DNA of 64,000 bases from Octopus vulgaris (taxonomy: Eukaryota). The DNA lies in assembly GCA_951406725.2 (NCBI GenBank), contig OX597817.1, positions 134,850,001-134,914,000 on the forward strand. The letters are read 5' to 3'. The position numbers and the translations under genes are program-made. The notes under the pieces are model-generated. The model made no database searches. It saw only the letters and a list, made by a program, of their open reading frames with translations, and was not told where the DNA came from. Below, one piece after another: positions 27,716 to 42,288 of the stretch; the first letter of the stretch is position 1; every line of letters starts with the position of its first letter.

Positions 27716-29317
27716 AACGTTATTGGCCACACAGGTCTGAGCACAGAGGAGACAAATAGAAATGTAGAGCTTTTCTTTTCATAACTGAAAAAGAAAAGTG
27801 AGGGAAATGAGAAAAAAAATAAAATTCCGATCAAAAGGTATCGTAAAAAATATTTTAAAAGGCGATCCAAAGGGATCGTGTATCACAGAAGAATTTTTAA
27901 AATGTAAAAAATAGATTAGGTTTATCCGTGGAAAGAAAAGCCTACAAAAACCTCAGGTAACCTTATGCAGGGAGGGAATAAACACATGAGAGCAAAGTGC
28001 TCTCTCTCTTTTACGATTTACAGGATCATGCTCAAAGTGGTTTTGTCACTTGCACGCACCATCTTTACTACATTCACCCATCTTTTTTTTTAAACTTTCA
28101 CGAGACAAAACCTGCTTCTACAATCTCACCTTCGTTTTCAAGTGGTACTTGACAAAGTTGATGAGTGATTGGCCAGAGAGGTAAGTGTTTGTCTCTAATC
28201 CTTTCGCTCGAGTCTACCACACATATTCTTTCACCATAGCCACCAGTACGATGAAAACTGCGTTGCCTTCCCGGTTGAGGGAAGGGTGCGGAGCAATCCT
28301 TACGACAGACTCGGCCGACAGGCAGACTCGTCCCACACGTGACAGCAACCATTTGGCATAAGCCCACAGGTCCGAAATGGATGGACACTGCACGAGTGCG
28401 TGCAGAACGGTTTCGGCACTCTAACCGCATCTCGAGCAAGTCGGTCCGGTGTGTCTCGAACTGTGCCTGTAGAGCTTATCCCAAACAGGTAATGCTTCTC
28501 GATAGCACTTCCAGGCCAGAGATCTTTGGTGATTGTCCATAGGTCCCGGCCCGAAAATTTTCCTGAACAGGCGGGTTAAGTTTTCCTCGTGGACGCCCAG
28601 ATTCTGCCCGAGAACGTCGTCGCACTTCCTCTCCACTAATCCTCTATAGAACGCCTTTCTTGTAATGACGTCGCACAAGTTTGGTCCCGGACGACAGAGT
28701 TATTCGAGAGCAACGCCAGACTCGCGGTGCCATTCGCCTAGCCTTGGTCTCTGTTTGATCCACGTTTGTAGTTCGGCCAAGGAGACGAGCTGTGGGAAAG
28801 CGCGTCGCTCAAGATGCGACCACACCTGATCACCGTCGTCTATGAAGCGCTGGAGATCTCGCAGTCTGAGCGCATGTATGCGCATCCTCAACCACGGCAT
28901 GCCTAGCCCTCCATTTAGCGGGTGTTGACAGCAAATGGATCGCCTAACCATCGGAACGCCTAACCACAGGAAGCGGAAGAGTATGCGTTCCAGTTTGGTG
29001 ATGGTAGGGTCGGGACAAGGCACGACGGTCAGACGGTAATCGGTGATGGATGCGATGTACGCGTTCGCCACTTCCACCCGACCTTTTAGGGATAGCTTCC
29101 TATCGGCCCATTGCTTGGTGAGAGTGGCCCCACTAGTCGTTATTTCGCCCTAACTCTTCTCTATTTGGTGGTCGGGACCGAACCAGATCCCGAGCAATTT
29201 AACCGGTCCGTCGGTCCAGCGTCCCGCGATGGAGACGCTGTTGGACGGCATGGGCTTGCTTCTCCACGTGCCGAGCCGCAAGCCCACTGACTTTTCCCGG
29301 TTAATTTTTGCTCCTGT
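27716..29317 (-). mobile_element. Second Tx1/L1-type LINE, 5'-truncated, between (GATA/GACA)n tracts
   Basis: Paralogous to the first copy (RFLW..VPMVRRSICCQ..GGLGMP, AFYRGLVE) with the same 3' end. Confidence 0.88.
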
Positions 29318-29365
29318 TAGATAGATAGATAGACAGACAGATAGATAGATAGATAGATATATAGA

Positions 29366-29445
<80 letters not shown>

Positions 29446-30743
29446 TACATAGATAACTCCGAACCCATTGGTAGCCTTCTTAATTCACAAATAGAGAATG
29501 CGGTGTTGAACACTCGTTCCTACTATTCGATAGTAGCATACAAACACACACACACAAATATATGAGTTAAAATACTGTATTAATGTTCAGCTGGTCTTAA
29601 TTAGAAACCTCATAATTATCTACTTGTGAATAGTGCGCAGTATCAACGCTCTGTGTATATACTATTATGTCTACAGAATGAGAAATTGCTCTTCTTATTC
29701 CATGTCTGTTTGTTTCATAATAGAATGAAAATAATTCAACTGAACGTGACCTGCCATAATAATTTTTCTCTTCCTTTAATAAATTACATTTGAAACTTTG
29801 CAACTTTCTTAATTTGAATCGACGTCTTTGTCTTCCATAGATACGTGCATCTAAGGCTAACTGCTGGTGAAAGACACTTCAGATCTCATGGTCTCCAGTT
29901 CGATCCCACAGCGAGGCATCTTAATCAAATGGGTTCTACCGAAAGCTCAGGGTGATCAATACATTGTGAATAATACTGGTGAGCGAAAACTGTGAGGAAG
30001 CCCGCCATATACATCATGCATGTGTGTGCGTATGGTGATTATCATTTCTTCCAAAAGAATCTCATCTCTTCGATTAGTAAATACAGTCATCAACTCTCCA
30101 GTGACATTACAATCCCCTACAAGAAATTATCAGATCCCTGTAAGTAAGCCCCCATCGTAATTTAAGGCCAAGCAGATAGGCACAGGCACTGCTGTAGGGT
30201 TAAGAAAGTCGCTTGGCAAGCACGTGGCTTCGAGTTCAGACCCACACCGCAGCACTCTGGATGCGTACCTTCCACTAAAACCCCAGACCGACCAATGGGT
30301 TGTGAGTGTAAGCCTATCGTTTAACTATGTGTGTGTGTGTGGGGGTCGTGTACTTGTCGCTGTGTGTGCGGGTGTTTGTTTGTGTGCGGGTGTTTGTGTT
30401 TTTGTGTGTGTACCACCCCACAGCTCGCCAACCGTTGCTATCTCATACACATGAATACTAAAACATTCCTGTTTTGTTTCCAGTTTACAATATTCGTATT
30501 TGTACTTCAAGTTGCAAGTTTCTATTATTCGTCGGTTTGAGATAAAACCAGAAAGACATGTTAGACTGATAAAGATAACAAGCAGACAGATAGATAGATA
30601 TACACACACACATATGTATGTGTATATATATATATATATAATTATATATATATATATATTTTATATATATATCTTTCGTCTTTCATTTGCCATATCCATA
30701 TATACATATATACATATACATATATATATTAATATATAATTGT

Positions 30744-30790
<47 letters not shown>

Positions 30791-30906
30791 CAACAATTGA
30801 GGGTAAAATTAATTAATTAATCAATTTTACCAAGTATTCAGTATACAAAGGGACCATTTAAGGCGAATTCAAATTATTACATTATATAAAAGGGCTTAGT
30901 AAAATA

Positions 30907-31146
30907 AATTACTTTGCCGCATACTGAACTCATTAGAAATAGCAGCTAAAAAAACTTTTTCAAAAACTATTTCCAATACTTAAAGAAAACCTCTCTCATA
31001 TAGTGTTTGCTCAACTCAACTCACAAAAGTTTGTGAGTTGAGTTGAGCAAACACTATATGAGAGAGGTTTTCTTTAAGTATTGGAAATAGTTTTTGAAAA
31101 AGTTTTTTTAGCTGCTATTTCTAATGAGTTCAGTATGCGGCAAAGC

Positions 31147-31150
<4 letters not shown>
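30907..31150. repeat. Palindrome with ~116-bp perfect arms (30912-31027 / 31030-31145) and a 2-nt centre, in (TA)n
   Basis: ...ctcaactcacaaa AG tttgtgagttgag..., read outward to ctttgccgc / gcggcaaag. Confidence 0.92.
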
Positions 31151-31239
<89 letters not shown>

Positions 31240-31401
31240 ATGTAGTTTGCTTACCAACCATATGGTTCTGGGTTCAGTCTCACTGCGTGGCACCTTGGAC
31301 AAATGTCTTTTAGTGTAGCCTTGGGCTGACCAAATCCTTGTGAGTGGATTTGGTAGACGGAAACTGAAAGAAGCCCGTCGTATATATATGTGTGTGTGTC
31401 T

Positions 31402-31484
<83 letters not shown>

Positions 31485-31685
31485 CTCCACCATCGCTTGA
31501 CAACCGATGGTGGCGTGTCTACATCCCCCGCAAACTAGTAGTTCGGCAAAAGCGTCCGATGGAATAAGTGCTAGGCTTACAAAGAATAAGTCCGTGGGTC
31601 GATTTATTTGACTAAAGGCGGTGCTCCAGCATGGCCACAGTCAAATGACTGAAACAAATAAAAGAATAAAAGAATAAAAGAATAC
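31240..31685 (+). mobile_element. SINE family B, near full length
   Basis: Same layout as 22493-22915. Confidence 0.88.
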
Positions 31686-32279
31686 ACACACACACACACA
31701 CATATACATGCCTGATCATGTTCGTGTGCATATACAGAAATAGGAAGACTTGTTCCGAGACAATATTCCCCTTCCAAATGACATGTAAAAACACATCGGG
31801 CTGTCGCTGGCGTCTTTGGGTCAAACGATCCGAACGTTTCTGTGTCCTTTCGCGTTGGCAACTAGGGACACTGACTCTGTTCCTAGAAAACTATATCGTA
31901 TGTTTGCTGACGTTCCTAAGGCCTGCTCAAGATACAAATTAACTAATATTGCACGAAGCAGTGTTGATTAAAATATATTCGTGTGAAGTCATATTTGATA
32001 TGCTTCAGTACATTCGGATGTAAAATGTCCTTCCATTGCCGAAGTGGTCCCACGAGAAAATTTTCTTCCTAGACGACATTTGTGAAAACAAGTCCTTTCA
32101 CTCCCGAATGTACTCGAATTTCTTCAATATGAGAAGCATTTCTACTGTCCGGGGGATGAAACATCCAACAAGATGCAAGTAGGTTTAAGAATGTAGAATA
32201 ACAAATTCTTCCTTCAAAGGTGTTGCGTACTTCACTTGATTCGCAGGCAACTTGGCTCTATGACTAACGCTGCCTCCAC

Positions 32280-32319
<40 letters not shown>

Positions 32320-32340
32320 TCACATACATAAACACGCACG

Positions 32341-32389
<49 letters not shown>

Positions 32390-32539
32390 GTTTCTGTATA
32401 TGATTATAGATATATATATGTGTGTGTGTGTGTATGTGTATATACGTATATATGCATTTGTCTATATCTGGATGGATATATGGATACACATATATTTATA
32501 TCTATATACGCAAGCATGTGTATATATACATATATGTAT

Positions 32540-32625
<86 letters not shown>

Positions 32626-33439
32626 TATATATATATATATATATCAGTGCATATATACCTACTAAGTTTCCCATCAATGCAAGGAAACACATTTTTATGG
32701 TTATTTATTCGGAATATATATAGGAAATAAATAAATATGAAAATAAATAACTAAAGAAGAATTTGAAAAAAAAAAAGATGGCATCGCTTGCTGCGGACGT
32801 ATATCCATTTCAATTTGGCAGAGAGTCAAAGATTTCTTATATTGCATGCGCAGATTCTAGTGGCTCCTGGGAATATACAGGTGCTTAAAAACAACAATAA
32901 CATAAACAACAACAACAATAACAGCAGATTCCACACGATCACAGCCGAAAAGGATCAGCAACATTTCATCATCATCATCATCATCATCATCGTCGTCGTC
33001 GTCGTCATCATCATCAGTAGCAGCAACATCATAATCATCAAAGTCAGCAACAACAGCAGCAGCAGCAGCGACAGCAACAGCGGCATCATCATTATCATTA
33101 TCCTCATCATCAACATCAACAAACTTATCATCATCGTCATCGTCATTGTCAAATTAATCCCCCTCTTCATCATCATCATCATCATCATCACTACAATGGT
33201 TATCCCCACCACCACAACCGCCATCATCATCATCCCCATCATCATCATCATCATCATCATCCTTATCATGACCAACAACCACACCAACCACACGACCAAC
33301 CAACACCGCATGGCAAAGCCACAGCTACAAACGCTCTCTTAATATTGCTATCGATCTATTGATCTCAAATGAAAGAAAGTGAAGAAGTTACAAGAAAGAA
33401 AAGAAAATATCCTTCAATCTTTCCCGGAACACGATATCA

Positions 33440-33493
33440 AAATAAACTCTCTCCATCACTCTCTTTCCTGTCATCTCTCTCTCCATATCCCTC

Positions 33494-33524
<31 letters not shown>

Positions 33525-33880
33525 GTTTTTCTTACTCCCTCCTTTTTATCTCACTCGCTTTCTTCTTACCTCTCTCACTCTCTCTATCTATATCTTTCTC
33601 TCTCTCTCTCTCTCTTTCACTCTCTTTCCCGTGATCTCTCTCTCCCTTTCCCTCTCGCTTTCTCTCTCTCTTTCTCACTCCCTCCTTTTTATCTCACTCG
33701 CTTTCTTCTTCCCTCTCTACCTCTCTCTATCTATATCTTTCTGTCTCTCTCTCTCTCTTTCACTCTCTTCCTTACTCCCTTTTTCTCTCAATCCTCTCTC
33801 TCTCCGTTACTCTCCCTCACTCCTCTCTCTCTCTCTCTCTCTCTCCTACTTTCTGTCTCTTTCTTTTCCACCAAGGTCCA
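33440..33880. repeat. CT-rich tract with an internal ~140-bp direct duplication
   Basis: ccctctcgctttctctc...ctccctcctttttatctcactcgctttcttctt...ctatctatatctttct at ~33489 and ~33650. Confidence 0.8.
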
Positions 33881-34165
33881 CCTCACTCCTCTTCGCTATT
33901 TCCAGTTTCTTTCTCGTCAAGAAATGTTTTTCTTTTATTTATTTTTCACTTATTTTATCTTTTATCTTCAAATTTTATTTTTCTTGCTAATTTTTTTTCT
34001 TCTTCTTGCATTGCAATTTGAAACCTCTTCCCTCCATTGACAAACTGCCAACGGCGAAAAATGTTCCGACTTAATCCACAACACTGAAATCTCTGTCAGA
34101 AAGTGCCGAAATGCATTTGGTCAAATAATTAACTACACGTTCCATTAAGACTATTTCTATAGTCG

Positions 34166-34578
34166 GAGAAGAAGATGAAGAAGAAGAGGGAGGAGGAGGA
34201 GGAGGAGGAGGAAAAGAAGAGGAGGAGGAGGAGGAGGAGGAGGAGGAGGAGGAGGAGGAAGAAGAAGAAGAAGAAGAAGAAGAAGAAGAAGAGGGAGGAG
34301 GAGGAGGAGGAGGAGAAGAAAAAGAAGGAGGAGGAGAAGAAGAAGAAGAAGAAGAAGAAGAAGAAGAAAAAGAAGGAGGAGAAGAAGAAGACGAAGGAGA
34401 AGAAGAAGAAGAAGAAGAAGAAGAAGAAGAAGAAGAAGAAGAAGAAGAAGAAGAAGAAGAAGAAGAAGAAGAAGAAGAAGAAGAAGAAGAAGAAGAAGAA
34501 GAAGAAGAAGAAGAAGAAGAAGAAGAAGAAGAAGAAGAAGAAGAAGAAGAAGAAGAAGAACAACAACAACAACAACAA
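34166..34578. repeat. (GAG)n/(GAA)n purine tract followed by (CAA)n
   Basis: Directly visible. Confidence 0.95.
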
Positions 34579-34907
34579 CCCTTTCTACTATAAGCACAGG
34601 GTCTGAAAACTGGGAGAGTGGATTGTCGATTATATCGACCCCAGTACTCAACTGGTACTTAATTTATCGACACCGAAAGGAAGAAAGGCAGCATTTCGTC
34701 CGATCTGCTAACGTTTTTACCAGGATTTCAAATTTTGGCGCAAGGTCAGCAAGTTCATTGTCGGTCGGTTACATCGACCCCAGTGATCAACTTGTACTTA
34801 AACGAAAGGCAAAATCAACCTCAGCGGAAATTGAATTCAGAACGTAAGGACGGACAAAATGCCGCTAAGCATTCTGTCCGGTTTGTTTGCGATTCTGCCA
34901 GCTCACC
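34579..34907 (-). mobile_element. Two adjacent partial SINE family A copies
   Basis: Two atcgaccccagt...caact.gtacttaa cores, then gaattcagaacgt...gattctgccagctc. Confidence 0.7.
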
Positions 34908-34914
34908 GTGGAGG

Positions 34915-35165
34915 CTTTGTACAAAAGTAATCCGAGTTATTATAGGCGCCTTTGGTACAGTCACCGCCAGACTTAGCAGTTCACTTAGTGAGATTAGTGT
35001 AACTACCTTAGTTGCATTGATTCAGAAATCTGCTCTACTGGGAACCGGAAGGATTGTAAGAAAGATCGTCGATGGCTAAAGCTGGTTGTAGCCCGGAATC
35101 AAGGGCAACGAATCTGAATGTAACATTCACGCACACCATGAATAAGGATTATGATAATATCAATA
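34915..35165 (+). mobile_element. R4/Dong-type LINE extreme 3' fragment
   Basis: KVIRVIIGAFGTV...LIQKSALLGTGRIVRKIV* matches the RLE C-terminus; short UTR ends in a degenerate AAT run. Confidence 0.75.
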
Positions 35166-35859
35166 ATAGTAAACGTGAAATTTAGTGGGGAGGGTCATGT
35201 CGATTACATCGGGCCCTGTGTTAAACTGGTGCCTATTTTTGTCTACTCCGAAAGGATGAAGTTCAACGTCGCCCTCGCTGGAATTTTCACAAGAGATTGC
35301 TACTAAGCATTTTGTTCTAGTCTCTAAAGATTCTGGTAGCCCCAGACTTATGCTCCTGTTGAGGCATAAACGTGCACCAGGGTTTCTCCTGACACCTACT
35401 AGCGTTCTTGGAATAGTCTCATACTTTAGTACTAATGGGGGATTGGAATAGTATTTTGGATGGACGAAACGATTATGTGGGGCTAGTGCACAGAAGGAGG
35501 GCGAAAGCCTCGAAAACTAACTCAGAAACTTCTAGCTGTCTAACAGGTACCGACTGGATTTCCCAGATGTGCCAGTGTGGGTAGATGGAGCAAACACAGT
35601 CGTCCAAATCGTATCTAGATGGAGTATTTGTTAAATCAGGGTATTAAAATAGCGTAAGATGCCTATATTTAAACTGATCAGCTACGTAGGCTACAAAATT
35701 ATGATCTGTTCTGTCGGTTTAGATAGGACCCGTAGGCAGGGATCCGGTTACTAAAAGCTGAACGTGTCCTTAGCGGCACGCAAAGACTACAGGTACCGGA
35801 ATAATGAACAATTAAGCGGCAGCTGACGGGGAAATTGTCAACAACCAGTGACGGGTCGC

Positions 35860-37905
35860 CCTATTCCTGGGTTTTAGAAAGTCTTGTGTTGATAAAGATG
35901 CCCGAAAACATCCTAAATTTTATCAAGACATCAATGAAGAACTGGATGCTTCAGTGCGACCATGAGATAGAGAATGAGCAGAAGGGTTGCAAGCGTAAGC
36001 ACAGAGGTACCAAGGATCAATTCCTGGAAGACAAAACTGTACTTTGAGACGGCAAGAGAAGGAAAAGTAACTTAGCCATGTTATGGATCGATTATTGTAA
36101 GGCTTACGATATGATCCCATATTCTTGGATTATGGAGTGTATGAACCTATATGATATTGCATCGAATGTTGAGCGATTGCTTAGAAAAAGTATGGCGAAT
36201 TGGAGGACGGACATGACAGCACACGGAAGAAGCTTAGGGACAGTAGAAATAAGGAGGGACATTTTCCAAGGAGACTACCTGTCCCCACTCATCTTTGTAC
36301 TGTGCTTGATACCACTAACACTGATTCTAAAGAAAGCAAAAGCTGGGTATGTGTTCAAAAGCCGCCTACAAAAAGTCAACCATTTGTTATCCATGGATGA
36401 TCTCAAATTTTATGGTAAAGATGAAGCCCAAGTCAGTTTCCTCGTTGGTATGGTATATACCTTCAGTGCTGATATCAGAATGGAATTCGGACTGTAAAAG
36501 TGTGGTGTGTTAGTCTTGAAGAGAGGTAAAATCAAATCAAATGTATGGACGGCATAACGATACCGTCGGGGGAGGTTATGAATCAGATAGAAGAGACAAG
36601 CTATAAGCACTTGGGGATATTGGAAATGGATGAATTGATGGGGAAACAAATGACAGAAGAATTTAAGTTGGAGTACTTGCTCTGACTGAGACTGATCCTT
36701 AAGTCGGAATTAAACGGAGGGAATAAGATTGAAACTATCAACACCTGGGCAGTTTCACTCCTTAGATATGGAGCAGGAGTAATCGTATGGACAGCAGACG
36801 AACTAAACAGCTTAGACAGAAAGACAAGGAAGTTGCTGACTAGATATGGGTCACTCCACCCAAAAAGTGACGCAGAGAGACTGTACGTCCCAAGAAAAAG
36901 ATGGGGAAGTGGACTGATTGGATGCGAACAGAACATTAGAGCAGAAGAAAACAACCTGGCATGGTACGTAAAAACTGCCACAGAACCGCAATTATTTCTG
37001 TAGGATGGAAGATTGTAAAGATAAAGCACTGTAAATACACTTGAGAATGAATGAAACTGAGAAAAAGGTGGATAAAGAAAAGAATGCATGGACAATTTCA
37101 TAGGGATGTTGAAGATAAGAAAGACAGAGGAAAAAGATGGCTGTGGATGACTAAAAGTGAGTTAAAAGCAGAAACGGAGGCTGTAATCTGTGCTTCCCAA
37201 GAACAAGCACTAAGAACAAGCTTCGTGAAATACAGAATAGACAACACATCAGAAAGTGATAAGTGCAAAATCTGTGGAAAAAATGGTGAAATCATATAGC
37301 ATATTACCAGTCAATGTACGCCACTATCCCAGAAGGAATTTAAGATACGTCATGACAATATAGCCAGGCTTGTCCATTGGACACTTGGCAACAAGTATGG
37401 ACTTGACAGAGCAAAAGTGTGGTACGAACATAAATCCGAACGCATCATCGAAAATTATGTAAAGATCCTATGGGATTTTGATTCAGTGTGACCATGAGAT
37501 AGAGAATAGGAAACCAGACATAGTGTTAATTGAGAAAGAAAGCAAATGATGCTGGGTTATAGATATAGCACGCCCAGCTGAATACAAGGTATGCCATAAG
37601 GAAGAAAAGTCGAGAGATATAACAGGTTAGCTTGGGAGGTTAAGAAATTGTAAACGATGAAAAAGGTGATAGTAGTACCAATAATTATTGGAACCCTGGG
37701 AGCAGTAAGTAAAAATCTTGAGAAGTACAGGGAACAAATAGGAGCTGCAATAAGGGTAGAGCATTTGCAGAAAACAGCACTGCTTGGAACCGCTCGAATG
37801 CTCCAGAAGGTGCTCGAAAAATAAGAGGTGTTACCTTAGTTCACTGGTAGTGAACAGCTGACAGCATAGTACATCTCCAGCGTTAGAAGCTGTGCAAAGA
37901 AAATA
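35860..37905 (+). mobile_element. Decayed R4/Dong-type LINE (RT, zinc knuckle, RLE)
   Basis: EQKGC..GTKDQ, WIDYCKAYDMIPYSW, IFQGDYLSPL, SMDDLKFY, QEQALRT, CKICG, KPDIVLI, VVPIIIG.LG, QKTALLGTAR; followed by (AAT)n. Confidence 0.88.
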
Positions 37906-38150
<245 letters not shown>

Positions 38151-38151
<1 letters not shown>

Positions 38152-39908
38152 TGTCGTTGTGGAATACGAATCTCCAATTATACCACTCTAATGGAGTACT
38201 TGCCTCAGAAAATATAAACATCAACTGTGGAATTTTTCAAGGTGACTCACTTTCACCTTTAATATTCTGCATAGCCCTAATACCCCTTACAAGTGAATTA
38301 AACAGAACAGGGTATGGGTATAAAATTGCCAATAAAAAAATAAGCCATCTATTTTATATGGATGACTTAAAACTTTATGGTAAAGACAATAATGAACTTG
38401 AATGCCTATTGCGCACCGTGAAAGCATTCAGCGATGACATCGGGATGGAGTTTGGACTTGAGAAGTGTGCCAAGGCCACTTTCCAGAAAGGGAAAGTGAA
38501 GACCACAAATTCAGTCGTGTTAGATGTTGACACAGTCATAAGAGAGCTTGAGCAAGAACAGACATACAAATATTTAGGGATAAATGAAGGCTCTGGTATT
38601 CAGCATGCAAGCATGAAAGAGAAAATCAGGAAGGAATGTTATAGGAGAGTTCGTGCAGTCCTGAAATCTGAACTAAATGCACGTAACAAGGTGTTAGCTA
38701 TAAATTCCTTAGCAGTTCCAGTTGTTACTTATAGCTACAATGTGTTGAACTGGAATATGAGTGAAGTAAAGAATATAGATAGAAAAATACGCAAGCTGCT
38801 GAGTTGTAATAGGATGCACCACCCAAAGGCAGACGTAGATCGCCTTTACCTTCCCAGAGCCCAAGGAGGCCGAGGCCTGATCCAATTTGAACTAGCTTAC
38901 AAAACAACCACAATTGGACTGGCCGAATATCTCGAAATATCGAATGACTGGATGCTAAAGCTCGTGGAAAATCACGAGAGACGAAAGATGCTTCATTCTA
39001 TCATCAAGGAAAGCAAAAAATTTGCTATTGATCTCGTGCAGGATACCCAAACTGAACAACCCGAGGGAAGTACGGCAACTATTGTTGCAAAGAAGGTGAA
39101 AATGATGGCAATGAAAAAAGCGCACGAGCAATTGGCTGATAGGTGGGAGGAGAAACCTCTGCACGGCAAATATGTGACCCGCAGCAAACAAGCTGATGTT
39201 GACCAGAAGCAAACCCATCAGTGGCTGCGGAGCTCAGGGCTAAAAGCAGAGAGCGAAGGTTTCATCCTGGCTGCTCAAGACCAAAGCCTATTAACCCGGA
39301 ACTACCAGGCCAATGTGATGAAAAATGGAGCAGACCCAAAATGCCGATTCTGCAACGACATGATTGAAACAGTGGACCACCTAATCTCTGGATGTAAAGT
39401 CTTAGCACCAGTGGAGTATAAATTAAGACATGACAGAGTTGGCCAATATCTCCACTGGCTAATAAGTCGGCATTACAATATCAAAACTGCCGACAAGTGG
39501 TATAATCACCACCCTGAGGCTGTAACTGAAGGAGAAAATGTAACCATTTTGTGGGACTTTCCAGTACATACAGACCGAACCATCAAGGCCAATAAACCAG
39601 ATATTGTTGTGAAAGACCAAAACAATAAAGTTTGCTTATTGATCGACATGAGCATCCCCTGTGATCATAATATCTCAGCGAAAGAGTTTGACAAGCTCAG
39701 AAAATATAAAGACCTACTCATTGAAATTGAGAAAATGTGGCATCTCAAGGCGGTTACAATACCAGTGATCGTAGGAGCACTAGGAATGATCAAGAAGGGA
39801 ACCGAAAATTATATGAGAATGATCCCTGGCTTACCATCCCTGCAAGAAGTGCAAAAGATTGTCTTAACTGGTACATCACACGTATTGAGAAGAGCATTGT
39901 CGATGTGA
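38151..39908 (+). CDS. R4/Dong-clade retrotransposon polyprotein, 5'-truncated but uninterrupted (C-terminal RT, CCHC knuckle, restriction-like endonuclease)
   Basis: 585-aa ORF with GIFQGDSLSP, FYMDDLKLY, CRFC..ETVDHLISGC, RHD, KPDIVV..LIDMSIP..KE..KL.KY and PVIVGALG. The N-terminal RT motifs are missing, so the ATG is probably internal. Confidence 0.88.
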
Positions 39909-40088
39909 GAACTGTTGCTGCTCATGTATTTTAATTTAACTTTAAAAAAAAAAAAAATAATAAAAAAATGAACGAACTACTGTGTTTGGTTTAATGGCCT
40001 ACCAATATACACTATGAGTTTCTTTGCCCTAGGAGTCGGGAGACACTCGGCAAGAAATGGAAGAAAATTTGAAAGAAGAAAAAAAAAA

Positions 40089-40090
<2 letters not shown>
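38151..40090 (+). mobile_element. Young R4/Dong-type LINE inserted in (TAA)n
   Basis: ORF plus ~180-bp 3' UTR with (TAA)n on both sides; Dong elements are known to target TAA repeats. Confidence 0.88.
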
Positions 40091-40140
<50 letters not shown>

Positions 40141-40142
<2 letters not shown>

Positions 40143-40678
40143 GCCCTGATGCAGTACCAGACAGTGGCTTTCATGGCTTCTGATCTTAACTGATTGGAAG
40201 TGTTATCATGTACTTTGTTTTGTCTTGGTATAAAAGATGGGCTACAGCAAATATCCTGCTCAATACCTCAGATTTGCTTGTCAGTTGTTTGACCTTAACC
40301 AGTTGAGCATGTCCCGTAATGGCTGACGATATGTGCATCTCTGATCATGAGCAGAAGTAGTGGGAGAGCATCATAGCCATGTGTTGAGAGGGATTCTTTG
40401 GAACTTGGATAAATCACCTCTGGAAACATGGGTGTTTCGTTCAACATCTTTAAACAACCCTTATTTAGGGACCTTTTGAGTGGGATGAATTCTAACTGGG
40501 CCCCACCTGCAAGATCATGTGCTGTTTATCTTGATATGAGATCACCCTGTCGCGCACATATGGTTGTGATGCATGTGCCTAGTGTACCCTTATCAGACGG
40601 GTAGTCATGATGGGTATACTGGGCTTCGTATATTTGTACCCCGGTGTCACTTTGATGGCATGCACTGCTCTCTCACAC
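40141..40678 (+). mobile_element. ~540-bp non-coding element flanked by (TAA)n
   Basis: atgccctgatgcagtacc...tgcactgctctctcacac; matches 20559-21097 and 5174-5480. Confidence 0.85.
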
Positions 40679-40746
<68 letters not shown>

Positions 40747-40781
40747 TAATAATAATAATAGTAATAATAATAATAATACTA

Positions 40782-40859
<78 letters not shown>

Positions 40860-41544
40860 GTAATAATAATAATAATAATAATAAAGATAATCGTCGTCAT
40901 GGTCACCATCATCATTATTATCATCATCGTTCTCATCATCATCATCATCATCATCTTCCTTATGTCTCTTACGCCTCTTCGACATCTGTATGAGCAGCTG
41001 CATCTGCAGTCGCTGCAGCATCTGTCTTTAGCATTATCTTCACGCAAACTTATTAACAACAACATTTTCAAACGCATTCGTATACATATATGAGATTCTC
41101 GAGTCTCTCATTAATAGCCATTATGATAACTGAAGACCAGAAGTGGACAACAGCAACTTTAATTAATTAAAAGCAAATCTGGCATGTCTCTGCACAGATT
41201 GTATCTGGTCTCGCTCACTAAACTCATGCGTTATCGTCTCGCATCGTTCGTATCCCAGAAGCTGGAATCACTCTTCCGCAACATTGCTAATCTGTTTCTA
41301 TAATCTGCGCAGAACTTTATCCAAGGACATTAACCTGTGACGTCACTCTGCCTCCGTGTAATGTTAATACAAACGAAGCTTCAAATATTTGCTGTTTCCC
41401 ATTACATGTTTATATTTGCTCTATAAACTCCTAACATCAATTTATTGTCATTCTGCACCTTCTTTAGAGAGCGCTTTCCGAACCTTGTTGCTTGTCGAAA
41501 GCCTTTTTCTTTGTATTCTTATTAGGTGCATTAACTTTTGTCTA

Positions 41545-41720
41545 TTATCTTGTTTCAGCCATTGGACTGCGGCCATGCTGGGGCACAGCCTTGAAGAGAT
41601 TCGTCGAACAAGTCAATCCAGTACTTACTCCATCAGAGCCTTCTGCCGAACAGGAATGTTACAGGGACGTCAACAAGCTAACTCTAGTTTTTAAGCGTTG
41701 CAGGAAAGACAAAGACACAC
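41545..41720 (-). mobile_element. SINE family B, degraded 3' part
   Basis: cttgtttcagccattggactgcggccatgctggggcac is the reverse complement of the family B tail. Confidence 0.65.
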
Positions 41721-42221
41721 CCAGGGACATATATACGCGAATACAATGAGTAATCCCACGACGGGTCAGCCTCCTAAAAAAAGGGGGCCGTTCGGAATAC
41801 ATTCGCCATAGAATCACTAGAACTTGTGTGCGTGAGACTATGGCCCAGGAAAGAACATTTATCCTTTTTGAATTGAAAACAGCTTCGTATGACAAGGAGA
41901 GATAATCTCAAGGCTAAAGCATTCTCTAAAGCTAACATGCCATTAAGAGAAGGAACAGGCTTCTTGAATATATATGAAAGTACATTCATAGACGCCAGTT
42001 TCTCAATAAATTAGTGTTACCAGCACGATAATTTCCGTAGTCCAGTTATTGCAGCCAGTGGAGAGTACAAAACAGTTAGGGCCTAGATTATTTGCAGCTC
42101 ATTTGTCTTTGTAATTGATGTAAATGTGTACGTGTGTCTATATTATCTTCTGGGGCTACTATCTATCTATCTTTCTCTATCTATCCTCACTCTTCCTCTC
42201 CCTATACATATATATGTATTA

Positions 42222-42288
<67 letters not shown>

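Noticed and set aside
31115-31150. CTAATGAG...AAAG in the palindrome arm as a hammerhead
   Set aside because: G5 and the GAAA motif are both absent and helix II is unconvincing.
35380-35860. Possible 5' UTR with an HDV-like ribozyme for the downstream Dong element
   Set aside because: Only an isolated hairpin (gagggcgaaagcctc) is visible; I could not build the nested double pseudoknot by eye.
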